Of a stretch of 64,000 bases of DNA, positions 25,747 through 37,382 are shown piece after piece. Every line of letters starts with the position of its first letter. Within the stretch, counting starts at the first letter, position 1. Made by a program: the position numbers and the translations under genes. The stretch lies in the NCBI GenBank assembly GCA_026914245.1, contig CP110439.1, positions 8,680,001-8,744,000 of the forward strand. The letters are read 5' to 3'. The DNA comes from Puccinia triticina (lineage: Eukaryota). The notes beneath the pieces were generated by a model. That model saw only the letters and a list, made by a program, of their open reading frames with translations. It was not told where the DNA came from and made no database searches.

Positions 25747-28528
25747 TAGGGCTGGGCCCCGGGTGATACCCAAGGCCTGGAGGCCATCCCACGCTGGTGC
25801 CCTGCGGGTATACCCAAGGTTGGGTATCTAATTACCTACTCCCGGGCCCTATCTGCCGGATATTGGGTACTTCCCGCGGGGACCAACTGTCATACTGCGT
25901 AGAAACTACTTCTTGGTGATTTTGGGCTAGGCCGTCCAACTCAGGTGGCCCACTTGGATTTTCCCCGCGAAGATACCAGCTATACGATGTCAAAGAAACG
26001 TTCTGCTCCAGAAGATAACCCTCAGTCAAGTCAGTCTCCTCCTGAAGACCGTCAATCTTCCCAACCAACTCGCAAATCATGGGTGTGGAAGTATTTTGTC
26101 GATGAACCAAACAACAAAAAGGTCCGGTGTACAGCAATTCTGAAGAAAAACGGCCGGTCTTGCAACACTTTGCTAGCCCGGGACAAAAGCACCAGCACAA
26201 AGTTTATGAGTGAGCATTTATTCCGCAAGCATCAGATACTTGACCCCAGCAAAGCCAAAGCCGGTTTGCAAGACATTGGAGCAATGATTAAAAAACAAAA
26301 AGTTGACCAGGTGAGCACAAAGAATAAAATATAACATTATGGCCCAGTTAATGTATTAAAATACATTCAAAACTCTGTTAGAATTCCAACAACACTCTCA
26401 CTTCAAACTTGTTAAAGAAAGCACTTGCCTATCTCATCGCGGATGCCGACTTGCCATATTCATTTGTTGAGCGCCAATCATTCCGCGATCTAATGGTTCT
26501 GTTGAATCCATCGGTGAGGGCTGGTAACATGCTTTTTTCCCGGAAGACAATGGCAATGGAGGTGCACTGTTTGCACAAGTCTCACACCTACCATCTGCGC
26601 AATGTTTTTGAAAATATCAAACATATCGGCTTCACCCTTGACACCTGGACTTCACCCAATGCAATTGCGTTCCTTGGAATCACATCCAAATGGGAATTGA
26701 TTGATGTTGTTGTTGCCATGCCCGAGGTCCAGGGTAAGTCCACCATCACAATTCAACACAGGAATTCAAAAATTGATATGTTGAATCACAAGTTAATACT
26801 TCTGCACTTTTTGAATCACTGTATATTTAGGTTCCCATACTGGAGTCAACTTCGCCGAAGTCTTTATTGATTTCCTTGATAATTATGAAATCACAGATAA
26901 AATTTTTAGCATTACGGCAGACAATGCAAGCAACAACTCTACCCTTGCATCAAGAGTCGAGCAATTACTAGGCGGGGGTTTTGACGCATCCGAACATCTC
27001 TTAGGATGTATGGCTCATGTCATCAATCTCGCGGCAAAAGATGGCCTTGAAGCCTTTGGATTAGAGCCTGAAGAGTCTGAGGCTGAGGTAACTCTTGATC
27101 AGATGGATAATCCTCGCAAAACAGGAGGTCCAAGCGCTACTCCTGACACTGTTGGCGGAATCAATGTCAATCTCAAGACTATAATTTCGCGTATTCATGG
27201 TCTGACAGTATTTGTCCGAGCTACTCCTCAACGCCGTCAGGAATTTCAAGCAATAATGGCCTCGGTTGATACTCAACATGTGGACCATTCAAAGTACAAG
27301 AATAAAGGCCGTATTTCATCCAATGTTGAAACCAAAACAACTCCGAAAACCCCTAAAGTACAAACAGAAAGTAGTGGTAAAACCCTTGTCCTCGACGTTA
27401 AGACACGCTGGAACTCGACATACCTCATGCTTGACCGTGCTCTTGAACTCAAAGAAGTTTGCAACATGTTCACTCAACAACCGGAGGCCGCCAAGTTTTT
27501 TCTCACCTCGGTGGAGTGGGAGAAAGTCTCCCAAATGATTCAGTTCTTGAAACCACTTAACAAAGCCACAGAATTCCTTTGCTCCTCACAATACCCGACT
27601 CTCAACATATCACTTCCGATATACATATCTTTGATGAAGCAGATCATGGCTGTACAATCAGACTACAGAACTCGCCAGCTCTTGCAATCTGCTAAACAGA
27701 TGATCGAAAAACTCAAGAAGTATCTCCGACTTGCCTTAGATAAAACAGCACCACTCTGTGCTATGATACTTGATCCGCGCATCAAAATGGTGTACCTCGA
27801 AAGCAACTCAGATTTCATTGAACAAGAGATTGCATCTGATTTCGACCCAGCTAGGGTCCTCGGCAACTTCCGGATTGAGGCCCGTCGTTTTGATCGCAGT
27901 CCTGCCAGATGTGGTGTAGCACAAACCAGCAAAAATAAATCATCCATTCTTACCGACATCTTTGGCTCGGAACCAGCAAATGACTTGAACGCGGAAATCG
28001 AAAATTACTTCCGCGCACCAAAAGAGTTAGGCAACACGAACGTTCTGGAATATTGGCGGAGCAAACAAAAAACATATCCGTCACTTTTGGCAATGGCAAG
28101 ATGCTACCTCGCCATCCCTGCCACCAGTTCTCCTTTGGAAAGAGTTTTCTCCAGATCGAAATCAATACTGGGTCCTCAACGCAGAAGTCTCAGTCCGACA
28201 TTGGTTGAGCACCTCCTCTGCCTGAAGGACTGGTATCGCTCAATTGGAACTTTAGACCCAACTCCTTCTGATTAAACTGAAGACCTGAATGACTCCCCAA
28301 ACATATAACAACTCAGCCACTCCTACTCTTTTTCCATTTTATCAAATTTTTGTTCTTTCCCTTAACTTGTAATGAAAAGTTGGTCCCCGACCTATGCCAA
28401 GACTCCTCCCGAGTCATTTACCCGAGATATCTGCTCGGGTAAAAACCCTAAAAAAAAATCCGCGCTCCGATCAACCGGTTTGGATAGCCGGGTATACCCG
28501 ACTAGCCTTGGGTCGGGGCCCAGCCCTA
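25747..28528 (+). mobile_element. hAT DNA transposon, full length
   Basis: TIR TAGGGCTGGGCCCCG / CGGGGCCCAGCCCTA and perfect 8-bp TSD CCCATGAG (25739-25746, 28529-28536). Confidence 0.95.
25987..28275 (+). CDS. hAT transposase (BED finger, DDE core, hATC dimerisation domain), 3 exons, frame apparently open
   Basis: SWVWKYF...C...C...HL.RKH BED finger, LDTWTS, ITADNASNN, GCMAHVINL, DVKTRWNSTY, YLAIPATSSPLERVFS. Introns ~26311-26381 and ~26734-26830. Confidence 0.88.
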
Positions 28529-29312
28529 CCCATGAGGGTATCTGTTGGCCCATGGAGATCTTTATGGGCTACCAAGAGCCTATTAGCTATGTGGGGGCTC
28601 ATGGTGGGCTTTCTGGGAATTCAAAGGCCCAGGTTGATACTTCTAGACCACCAAAAGCCCATGTTGAGATTTTGGGCCCATCAAAAGCCCCAGCAGCTCC
28701 CAGGGCAAGGGAAAACTCCTTTAATACTGAACCAATGTGCGTTGGAGGATCCAGACAAATCTTGTGCTCCAAAAGGCATGTGTGGGGCTGTTTGGGAAGA
28801 CCGTCACAATTCCAAATGGCACAAAACACCCACCAAAAGGCCTCAAACCCTCAGGCCAAAAAGTGGACATTAGTCCCAAGTCCCTTCTTCGGAGGTCGCG
28901 CTCTGCGCCAGCCCAGGCTGTACCAGGGCCCTCCAAAGTGGGGGACTTGTGTCAAGTTAGGGTTTGGGGTTGTTTTTGAGAGAGCCCCTGCAGGTCAACT
29001 TGCCGTTGCCGCTGCTTGTATCTGGAGTATCTGCACTGCAGCCCCGCGCACTTCATATGTGGGCAGCTGTGTGAAGCCTTCGGGAGTTTTGAAGTCCGAG
29101 GGTTCGTCGGCTTGGCTGGGCATGCTGGCCGGTGGGAATCCTGCTCAGCTTGGCCCGCATGTTCTCGGTGGTTGAGTCACTCGTCTGGCCCAGGGTGAGG
29201 AGGGGTGAATGAGGGGGGGAGATGGTGTGACAAGAAGCCTCTGCCCGCGGCACATCGGGACGAGCTCGGACAAGGCCCGGCTGGGCGCGGGCGACTGGGT
29301 TAGGGTCAGATG

Positions 29313-29543
29313 TGAAGAGCAAAGATATCAGGATACGGCGAGATGAGATGGAAAAACTCCCCCGAGGGAAGAATAAGATTGCACCACGAGTAGAATATAT
29401 ATACAAGGTTGATTATGTAATTGGGTTGATGAGAAGAAACGTATAAAACCATAATGAAACTATGTGGTAAAGTATGCGATGAAGTAATGAAAATATGTAA
29501 AACAATGATAATAGTGTGATACCTAAAATGACGTGCCATAACA
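29313..29543 (-). repeat. Copia 3' LTR (231 bp)
   Basis: Matches 34478-34712. Preceded on the minus strand by the purine-rich tract GAGGGGGGGAG (PPT). Confidence 0.95.
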
Positions 29544-29807
29544 CTCCCCCCCTCAACAACCCCAAAAAAACAGAAAACAAAGAGAACAAAGAGCCAAAGA
29601 ATTGAAGGAAAACATAAAATCTGAACAGAGATAGCAAACATAAGAAACAGATGAAAGAAAACAGAAACACACAAAGAGAAAAATTGAAATAAGAACTGAG
29701 ATGATTGATGACGAGGGGGAAAATCCAGAAAACGCGCCAACAAAACGAGACCATTAACAACCTGAAGAGACCAACAAGGATGCTGGAAAGGAATAAAGCA
29801 TTGTTGG

Positions 29808-32800
29808 TTAACTTCCGTTGAACCAATCATCACAAGGATCTTTAGGGCCTGGAAGGAGACGGACAGATGCGGGGGGCGCATGTCCCTCGCAGCTAGCGCA
29901 TGCTGTCCCCCCTGTACTTGCCATAGCTTGTGACGGGCACCGCAGTCCCGTCTGAGTGGCAAACTCATTAACTTTCTTCCATCCCAACGCCTTAGTGAAA
30001 ATATTGGCGAGTTGATTGTTGGTCGAAATCCAGTCAAGGCGGACTTTATGTTGATAAAGTAATTCGTTGATGATGTGAAATTCGCGATCAATGTGACAAT
30101 GCTCCTTACAAGTACCGCAATCCTTGGAGATATAAACCGCGGCCTTGTTGTCGGAGAGGATTAAGGGAGGAGATGTCGAGAAGAATTTAGAGAGAAGGGA
30201 GGAAACATAGCAGGCGTCCTTAGAAGCAAAAGACAATGCCATGTACTCGGCTTGACATGTTGAGCGCGCGCAACATGATTGTCGCTCAGAGTTCCAGGAA
30301 ACGGGCGCGCCCCAGACGGTAGAGATTAGACCGTGGACAGACCTAGACCCCTCGCCCCCCCAGTTGGCATCAACAAATGTCTTAACGGCATCAGAAACAT
30401 TGCCTCCCGCTATTATCGGCAGGGACGCTGCAGCAGTGAAGCGAATGTAGCCAACAAGATGGTCGAGAGCAGCCCAGTGAGACGTATCAGGCGCCATTGA
30501 GAACCTTGCCAAGAAGTTGATGGCGAAGGTGATGTCGGGTCTTGATCCCTGAGACAAGTAGAGAAGGCAACCAACGACTGAAAGGTATTGTTTGTCCATT
30601 TCTCGAGAAGGATTGGATAGAAGATCAGAAGAGAGAATTGGGGTACGAGTCTTAATGCTGGAGGGAATTAAACTAGTGATTTTGTCGACTAGGAGAGGCT
30701 GGTCAATGCGAAAGCCGCCTGGTACCTCGCGCACTCTCAGGCCAACGATGCTGGACAAGTGGGAGTCCCATTTCAGATCAAGAACTGAGCTGAGTTTTGA
30801 TTTGAGGCGTTCCAAAAGTGACTTAGAATTGGCCGTAAATATTCCGTCGTCAACATGCACCCAAAGAAAAGCCATCTCCGAACCATTGCGATATGTATAA
30901 GTTGACTGATCCTCTAGGTTTGGAAAGAAGCCAATGGAGGAGAGCCGGTCCTTGAGATGTAACCACCAGCAACGACTCGCCTGACGAGTCCCATAGAGGG
31001 CCTTGCGGAGCTTGAGCACACAACCAGGTGAAACCTTTACACCGGGAGGCGGACAAATGTAAACGTCGTGATCGATATCGCTATGAAGAAATGCCGACTT
31101 GACATCAAAAGACGCGACCGGCCAGGAGAAACGAGAGGTGATCGCAAGAAGGACTCGCAAGGACGTGAAAGTCGGAGTGGGAGCAAATGTCTCCCCAACG
31201 TTGACTCCATGAACTTGACGGAAACCTTGAGCCACAATCCGTGCCTTGAAACGAGTGATTTCCCCTTCTTGATTTTGTTTAAGTGCAAAAACCCAACGGC
31301 AGTTGATGACATCGAAATGAGTCGACACGGGAACCTCGTCCCAGACGTGAAGAGAGATCATCATTCCGACCTCATCTTCGCACGCGCGCATCCAATGAGT
31401 GCAGGAATCAGATTTAAGCGCCTGGTGATACGTGTCCGGAGCGTCGGAGATGAAAGGAGCAACAGAGACGGCGGAGTCCAGGCAGGCATCTTGAATGTCA
31501 AATTCTTTCATTAACGCAAAATCACCGAGACAATTAACGGTGATGGCGCTTAAGACAGCAGTCAAATCGCCAGGAGCACTTAACGTGTACGGCAACTCGT
31601 TTTCATGAAAGGCAACCGACGCTCCACGCTCGAGCTTGTTGGAAACCGGATCCCAAAGTATCCACCCGTGCGCGACATCAGAGATGCCAACGTGAATCAG
31701 CTCCTTCGCACGAGCAACGAACTGCTTGGGATAATTAATGTCATGTAGATAAGCCCGGCAGCCGAAAACACGCAACATATCCAAAGACGGTTTAGAGTTG
31801 ATACAAATCTCATACGGAGTCTTGGTTGCACCATCATGCACAACACGGTTGAACACAAACGTCGCCTGTTTCAGAGCTTGAAACCAAAGATGAGCAGGAA
31901 GCTTGGCATGCACAAGCAGAGTCCTCGCCATGTCGAGCAAAGTCCGATTGGTCCGCTCCACATTCCCGTTTTGGTGATGCTCGTAGGGAACCGACATCTC
32001 ATGACGAATTTGATTTTCCTTCAAGAAGTTATTGAATTTGTTGGAGATGAACTCTCCGCCATTATCGGAACGAATGCAGAGAAGCTTGTGACCTGTGTGC
32101 TTGACGAAATTGAGGGCCCAGTCAATGACAGAGTTGCATGCATCAGCCTTGCGCTTTAATCCAAATGTGGATGTCATCCTAGAGAAAAGGTCATGGATGA
32201 CGAGCCCATAAACACTGCCATCGATAGCTTCCGGGAAAGGCCCAACCAAATCCACTGAAACAACTGCCCCAGGCATGGTGGCGATGTCACGAGACGGAGA
32301 CGAAACCGGGACATGTCTGCTTTTGGCCAATGAACAGGAGTTACATTTCTTCACAGTCGAGTTGAAACGACGAGAAGGAAGACCGTGAACAGAATCATGT
32401 AGGATTGCGCGATTGAGTGTACGAACGGCCAGATGGCCCAACCTGAGATGCCAAACACGAGACGATACACTTGACAATGAAGGAGAAACAGGAGAGGACG
32501 AAACGCGAGGAGGAATTGAACCAGATAGAGAAATAAACCATCTATAATTATTTGTGTAGGAATGAAAAACGGAGTTGTCCTGATGAAATAGAAATCGACC
32601 GCTGTTGAAGGAAACCGAGCCGTCCCAACGATTGAAGAAACCAACCGACAAAACCGTACCGCTGACCCGAGAACACAGAAGAACGTTACTAAGCCGAAGA
32701 TGACCAGTCGACCCTTTTATGACAACATCGCCTATGCCTTCTGCGGGAAGGCATTCTTCCGACGCCACACAAAGCCGAATATTAGTAGGATTTAGAGAAA

Positions 32801-34359
32801 CAAATATATCACGACGCGACGTTACATGATTCGTGGCGCCGGTGTCCACCAAAACATCCTCAGACCTTTCCGGAGCCGCAGAGATCGAAGCCAAAGTATT
32901 GTCAAGGACTTGAAGTCTGTTCGAAAGAACAGAGGACTTCTTGGGCTTCCAAGCCGGATTGGCTCTTCGAGGATCATCCAGCGGCGGAAGTCCATTCTTC
33001 GTGCGGGGACAGTCAGGGGCCCAATGACCCCAGTCCCAGCAGGAGCTGCATGGGGATTCAGGAGTTATGTGATTGACCCCAGGAATCAGGCGCCAGATGA
33101 CTGGAGTTGAAAGTAGAAGACTGGCCAGAACGGCCCATTTGCCCTCGTCCTTGCCGATGACCCCGAAAACGACCACCTCGACTTTGTTGGGAAGACATCG
33201 CCATGACAGCTGGCTGAGGGCTGGAGGACGACGAACTGGCACTCACGCGGGTCACCACGTTAAGAATGTCGGTGGCAGTAATAGATAAACTGGGAGAAAT
33301 GGCAAGTCGGGCATCCATCGCGTTGGCGACGTCGGAACCGTGACGCCGAAGAGCAGAATGAAAGGTTAACGCCAGCAAATTGTCGGTAGTCCAACCACCC
33401 AGACGTGTTTCTAGATCGATTAGACCACGTTTGAATGTTTCAAAAGTCGAAGCAACCGAGTCCGACGCATCATCCAACGACCTCGCAATGTCCGCCCATC
33501 GAGTAGCAAGAACCGACCAAGACGCTCCAGCGAAACGCCCAACAAGAGACATCCAAGCTCCATGAGCGGTCATGCCGTTTAGTGAGGACCGGAGGGCCGG
33601 ATCTATCGAGTGCTTGATGACAGTGAGGACTCCAAGCGCAGTCTCCGAATCATCCTCGAACATATCCCTATCAAAGTAGTTCTCCATGCGTGTGACAGTC
33701 GCAACTAACTCTTTCAAGGACGCCGACCAAAGAGGGAAGTTGGACCCATCGAGGAGAAGAGACGGGCTTAATTTTTCACCGGCCTTTTGCCAGTGGAGAT
33801 GGCTCGACACCGAGGAAGAAGTCACGGTGTTAGCTTTTGGAGGCTCGCTAAGCGCTTTGACAAGGAGTACTTTAAGAACTTCCTCATTGAGACCATCAAA
33901 ACCATCCGGACCGAGGACCCGACGAAGAAGACCATCTCCAGACAGTTCGGTCAGATCCGGTTTGACGGAAGATCGTGGAGCCGGCGACGGAGACACTTCG
34001 GGAACATCACGACCTTTGCCCTTGTCAGACGGTCCGGGCTTGACAGCAGATTCGTTCGCCAGAGATTCATTCGGCGGAGGGGGGTTGACCAACGAACGCA
34101 CTGACGGACGAAAGCTGGAACGCATGACGGGGTTGACCGGCGCAGAGGAAACAGGGCGGAAGGTGAAATCCGAGGGAAATGAACCAGGAACAAGTGAAGC
34201 TGTACTAGCTTCGTCGTCGGACATAGACAGGTGTCCTTCGACAGAGTGAAAGGTTGAAACTGAAGATGCAGGTGACGGAGCTGTAGATCTAGGGGGCGTA
34301 ACTCGAGCGGCGAAATCGGGGATGATAATTTCAGGATTCCGAGAGCGAGTTCGAACCAT
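29808..34359 (-). pseudogene. Copia gag-pol polyprotein with one frameshift near 33075
   Basis: Zinc knuckle CSSCWDWGHWAPDC, protease VDTGAT, WHLRLGH, integrase SDNGGEF/ERTNRT, RT WVHVDD, RNase H DANWG...LANIFTK. Confidence 0.92.
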
Positions 34360-34465
34360 AAAAACGATGTGCAAACTAACTTCGCCGTGAGGTGATGCAA
34401 AGCTAATGCGTAGATAATAGAGTATATGGGGTAAAGTTTAATTGTAATCCCGCTGGTGACAGCGC

Positions 34466-34477
34466 GGGCTCATAACC
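34466..34477 (-). promoter_or_regulatory. Primer-binding site GGTTATGAGCCC (half-tRNAiMet type)
   Basis: Lies directly 3' of the 5' LTR on the minus strand. Same type as the copia/Ty5 PBS that pairs with the initiator tRNA anticodon stem-loop. Confidence 0.85.
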
Positions 34478-34712
34478 TGAAGAGCAAAGATATCAGGATA
34501 CATACGGCGAGATGAGATGGAAAAACTCCCCCGAGGGAAGAATAAGATTGCACCACGAGTAGAATATATATACAAGGTTGATTATGTAATTGGGTTGATG
34601 AGAAGAAACGTATAAAACCATAATGAAACTATGTGGTAAAGTATGCGATGAAGTAATGAAAATATGTAAAACAATGATAATAGTGTGATACCTAAAATGA
34701 CGTGCCATAACA
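34478..34712 (-). repeat. Copia 5' LTR (235 bp)
   Basis: Identical by eye to the 3' LTR except for a 4-bp ATAC duplication. Confidence 0.95.
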
Positions 34713-36600
34713 AGATGCTGTTCTCGGCCATCCTCGCCCGCCCGGCCTACCGCCAGCCGCTCGCATCCCACCCGCTCCTCGCCCCCGCCCTCCACGCCCC
34801 GCCACCGCACGGCCCCCTCGGGATCCCTAGCATCGCCCGCTGGCAGCAGATCATCGAGGACGCCTCGGCCGCCGGCTTCGACCCCGACGGCGCCGCCCAT
34901 TTCCATCGCCGCCTGGTCGGCAAAAAACAGTGGATCGGGACCACCGAGGTCTACGTCGCTCTCTGCAGGTTGGGCCTCAGGTCCGTCCGTTCGTCCCTCT
35001 GCGTCCCATTCGTCCACCCTGCTCATCGGCCCCTTAAGCCCTGCCGGCTCCTCTCAGATGCCAAATCGTCGACTTCCCGTCCCCCAGCGGCCCGAACGGC
35101 CAGCATACGGTGACCATACCAAATTGATGCAATGGGTCGAAAGTGAGTCACCAAATAAAAACCTCTCATCTTCCAGAACATTCATCCAAACTAATGTAGA
35201 AAGAAATTGATGGTGATGATGATGATGATGCGTAGATTACTTCAGATCTGCTTCCAACCCGGCTGACAAAGTCCGTGTCTTTGGTCGCGAAAAGCGCTGC
35301 CCAAGATGATGAAGATGAGCAGAAGAAAAGGCTGAGACAGGGACTGTGGATGCTGAATAGGGTCCATCCGCGATCATGACGACGACGCGGTTCCCGCTGT
35401 ACTTCCAGCACGACGGGCACAGTCGAACGATCATTGGGATCGAGACGGACGCCAAGCTCCAGCCGCAGCTGCTCATCCTGGACCCAGCGAAGTGCCTCCC
35501 CACCCCATCGATCTGTCTCGCTGTCGTACTAACCTGGCCCACATCTTGGGGCGGTATACAGGAAGGTGGCCCCGGCGTTGAAAAAGCTCTCCGAGCAGAT
35601 GTCGGCCGCCGAGAGCGCCCCGGCTCAGCCCGCCGCCACCCCGGCCTCCGCCGGCTCCGTCGGCCCCACGCGCGCCCGGAAAGCCCCCGAGCTCGACCTG
35701 CACGCCCATCCGAAGCTGCTCGGCGCCCACCGGCTGAGCCTGAAAGAGCTCAGCAACAAGAGGCAGTACCAGGCATGCACCCGTCCCTGAGATCTCCCAT
35801 CGTCCGCGCCTGACCCCTTCTTGCGTCCACGGCTCAACAGATCCTCTACGTCCTTGACCACGTGCCCAAGCCGGCTACCGCCGACCCCGACCAGCCCAAG
35901 TTCCACACCATCCGCTCTCTGCGGATCGTCTGACTTCTCCTTAGCCCCCCCCTCTCTCTCTCCTCGTATCCTCCACATCGATTTTAGGCTGCCCTGTTCC
36001 TCCTCCTTGGGCGAGCCATCCCATCTAACACATCCAATAAACGGGCTCACGCTTTCCGAAACATCTGTCCAAGCTTGCTGAAACAAATCAAGGACTGCTG
36101 GTGCGGCTCGATGCAGCTAGCTTGTATGAGCAACACGAACTAGCAGGATGTTCGCACCGCTCAGGCCTAGATACATAACCCATTTCCAGCAATGGCTTTA
36201 CAGTTGGTGTGCTGCTGAAGGGCCTGCTTAAGCAAGAATTTCTTGAAGTTTACGTAGGAAGTGTGCATAATAAGCAGTCAAACTGCATATGCAGGAAATT
36301 CATTGGTTTTGATGCAACGTGACCCCCCTCCCCATTAGCTACCAACTTGAACCTTCTTACACCACATGTTCCCATGTTCTATTTTGCTCCTGCTCGTAAA
36401 GGATTTGCCGACATTTGCCGGTCGCGTGTGTGAGGTCTACCCTACTACTCAGTTCGCTATGTGGCTTTGAAACTTATCCGAGAGGATAGTTCGCCGTCTG
36501 CTTGAGTAATAGATTAGATTATTCACAATATTTATGATAATTGTTTATAGACTTTCTCGAGAAACGATGTTTACTCGGAACAATGATGATAAGCAGCAAT

Positions 36601-37052
36601 GGGCCACTGCACTACACTAACGTTATTGGACAATAACTGTTAGTGTAGCCATTTTATTGACTCCCTGTAGGGGTTTTTATTACACAACAAAATCATGTAC
36701 ATACATATAGTAGGCGTTGTAGGGGGATCAACCCCCGGGGGAATTTGAAATTCTGACTTTCTACCAATATCTCGCTCTATACTCCCAAATTCATGTTATT
36801 TGTTATCTCAGATCCAAGTATACATACTAACAATAACAGGAAATAACAGCAATAACAACAATAACAGGCCTTTTATTGCTACTAACAGGATACAATAACA
36901 GTTATTGCTGTTATCCATCACTATTACTATTTCCTGGGCAAGTTCCTGTATTGTTAGCAATACAAAAAACAAGATAACAGAAAATGTTGTTATTGTTAGC
37001 TGGTTCTGGCTAAAATACACTACACTAACAAATAACGTTAGTGTATTGGCCC
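36601..37052. mobile_element. Probable MITE
   Basis: Imperfect inverted ends GGGCCA..CTACACTAACGTTATT / AATAACGTTAGTGTATTGGCCC and AACAATAAC-rich interior. No TSD found. Confidence 0.45.
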
Positions 37053-37382
37053 ACCCTTGTGATAAGTAAAGTTTGTAATATAGTGACAAAGAATATCTCA
37101 ATGGGAAAAAGAGGAAAGAAGAGGATCCAAACAACCTACAAAGGTAAACAGATAAAACAAACTTTTCGGGGAATTTCCCAATGACATCACAACAAGGTAA
37201 CAAAAGGAATACGTCATGATTCAACAAACACGTTAAATAAACAACCATGACGACACGGAACCGCGATCTCCAATTGTTCCTAGTCTAATGATTAGTGATT
37301 CATGCTTGAAGATCAATAAGGATTACATAATCATAAAATTGAGTCGTTACAAAATGAGATCAGGCTACTACACCAAAATGTT

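Larger units (their letters stand above)
25397..28739. mobile_element. Non-autonomous TIR element (CACA...TGTG ends) hosting the nested hAT
   Basis: ~110-bp inverted repeats at 25397-25510 and 28626-28739, with internal CCCATG-rich repeats. No TSD found. Confidence 0.72.
29313..34712 (-). mobile_element. Ty1/copia LTR retrotransposon, full length, recent insertion
   Basis: TG...CA LTRs at 29313-29543 and 34478-34712, 5-bp TSD AGATG, PBS and PPT present, PR-IN-RT-RH domain order. Confidence 0.97.
29251..35933 (+). pseudogene. ZUP1/ZUFSP/Mug105-like peptidase C78 gene, interrupted by Copia and lacking the catalytic-Cys motif
   Basis: Downstream exons give QMLFS, GFDPDGA...WIGTTEV, CQIVDF, LMQWVE/YF, PLYFQHDGHSRTIIGIE...LLILDP and QYQILYV. 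Upstream of the Copia: HIGT...GDW. Frameshift near 35110. Confidence 0.8.

Noticed and set aside
28372..29175. 267-aa ORF and neighbouring ORFs in 24400-25800
   Set aside because: They cross TIR and MITE boundaries, reappear as mirror ORFs on the other strand and show no domain signal.
29306..30091. Hydrophobic 261-aa and 137-aa ORFs resembling membrane proteins
   Set aside because: They are read-throughs of the Copia 3' UTR and LTR, reflecting T-rich sequence.
33058..33090. Programmed ribosomal frameshift in Copia
   Set aside because: The shift falls before the Gag zinc knuckle and no slippery heptamer is evident. A 1-nt deletion is the simpler explanation.
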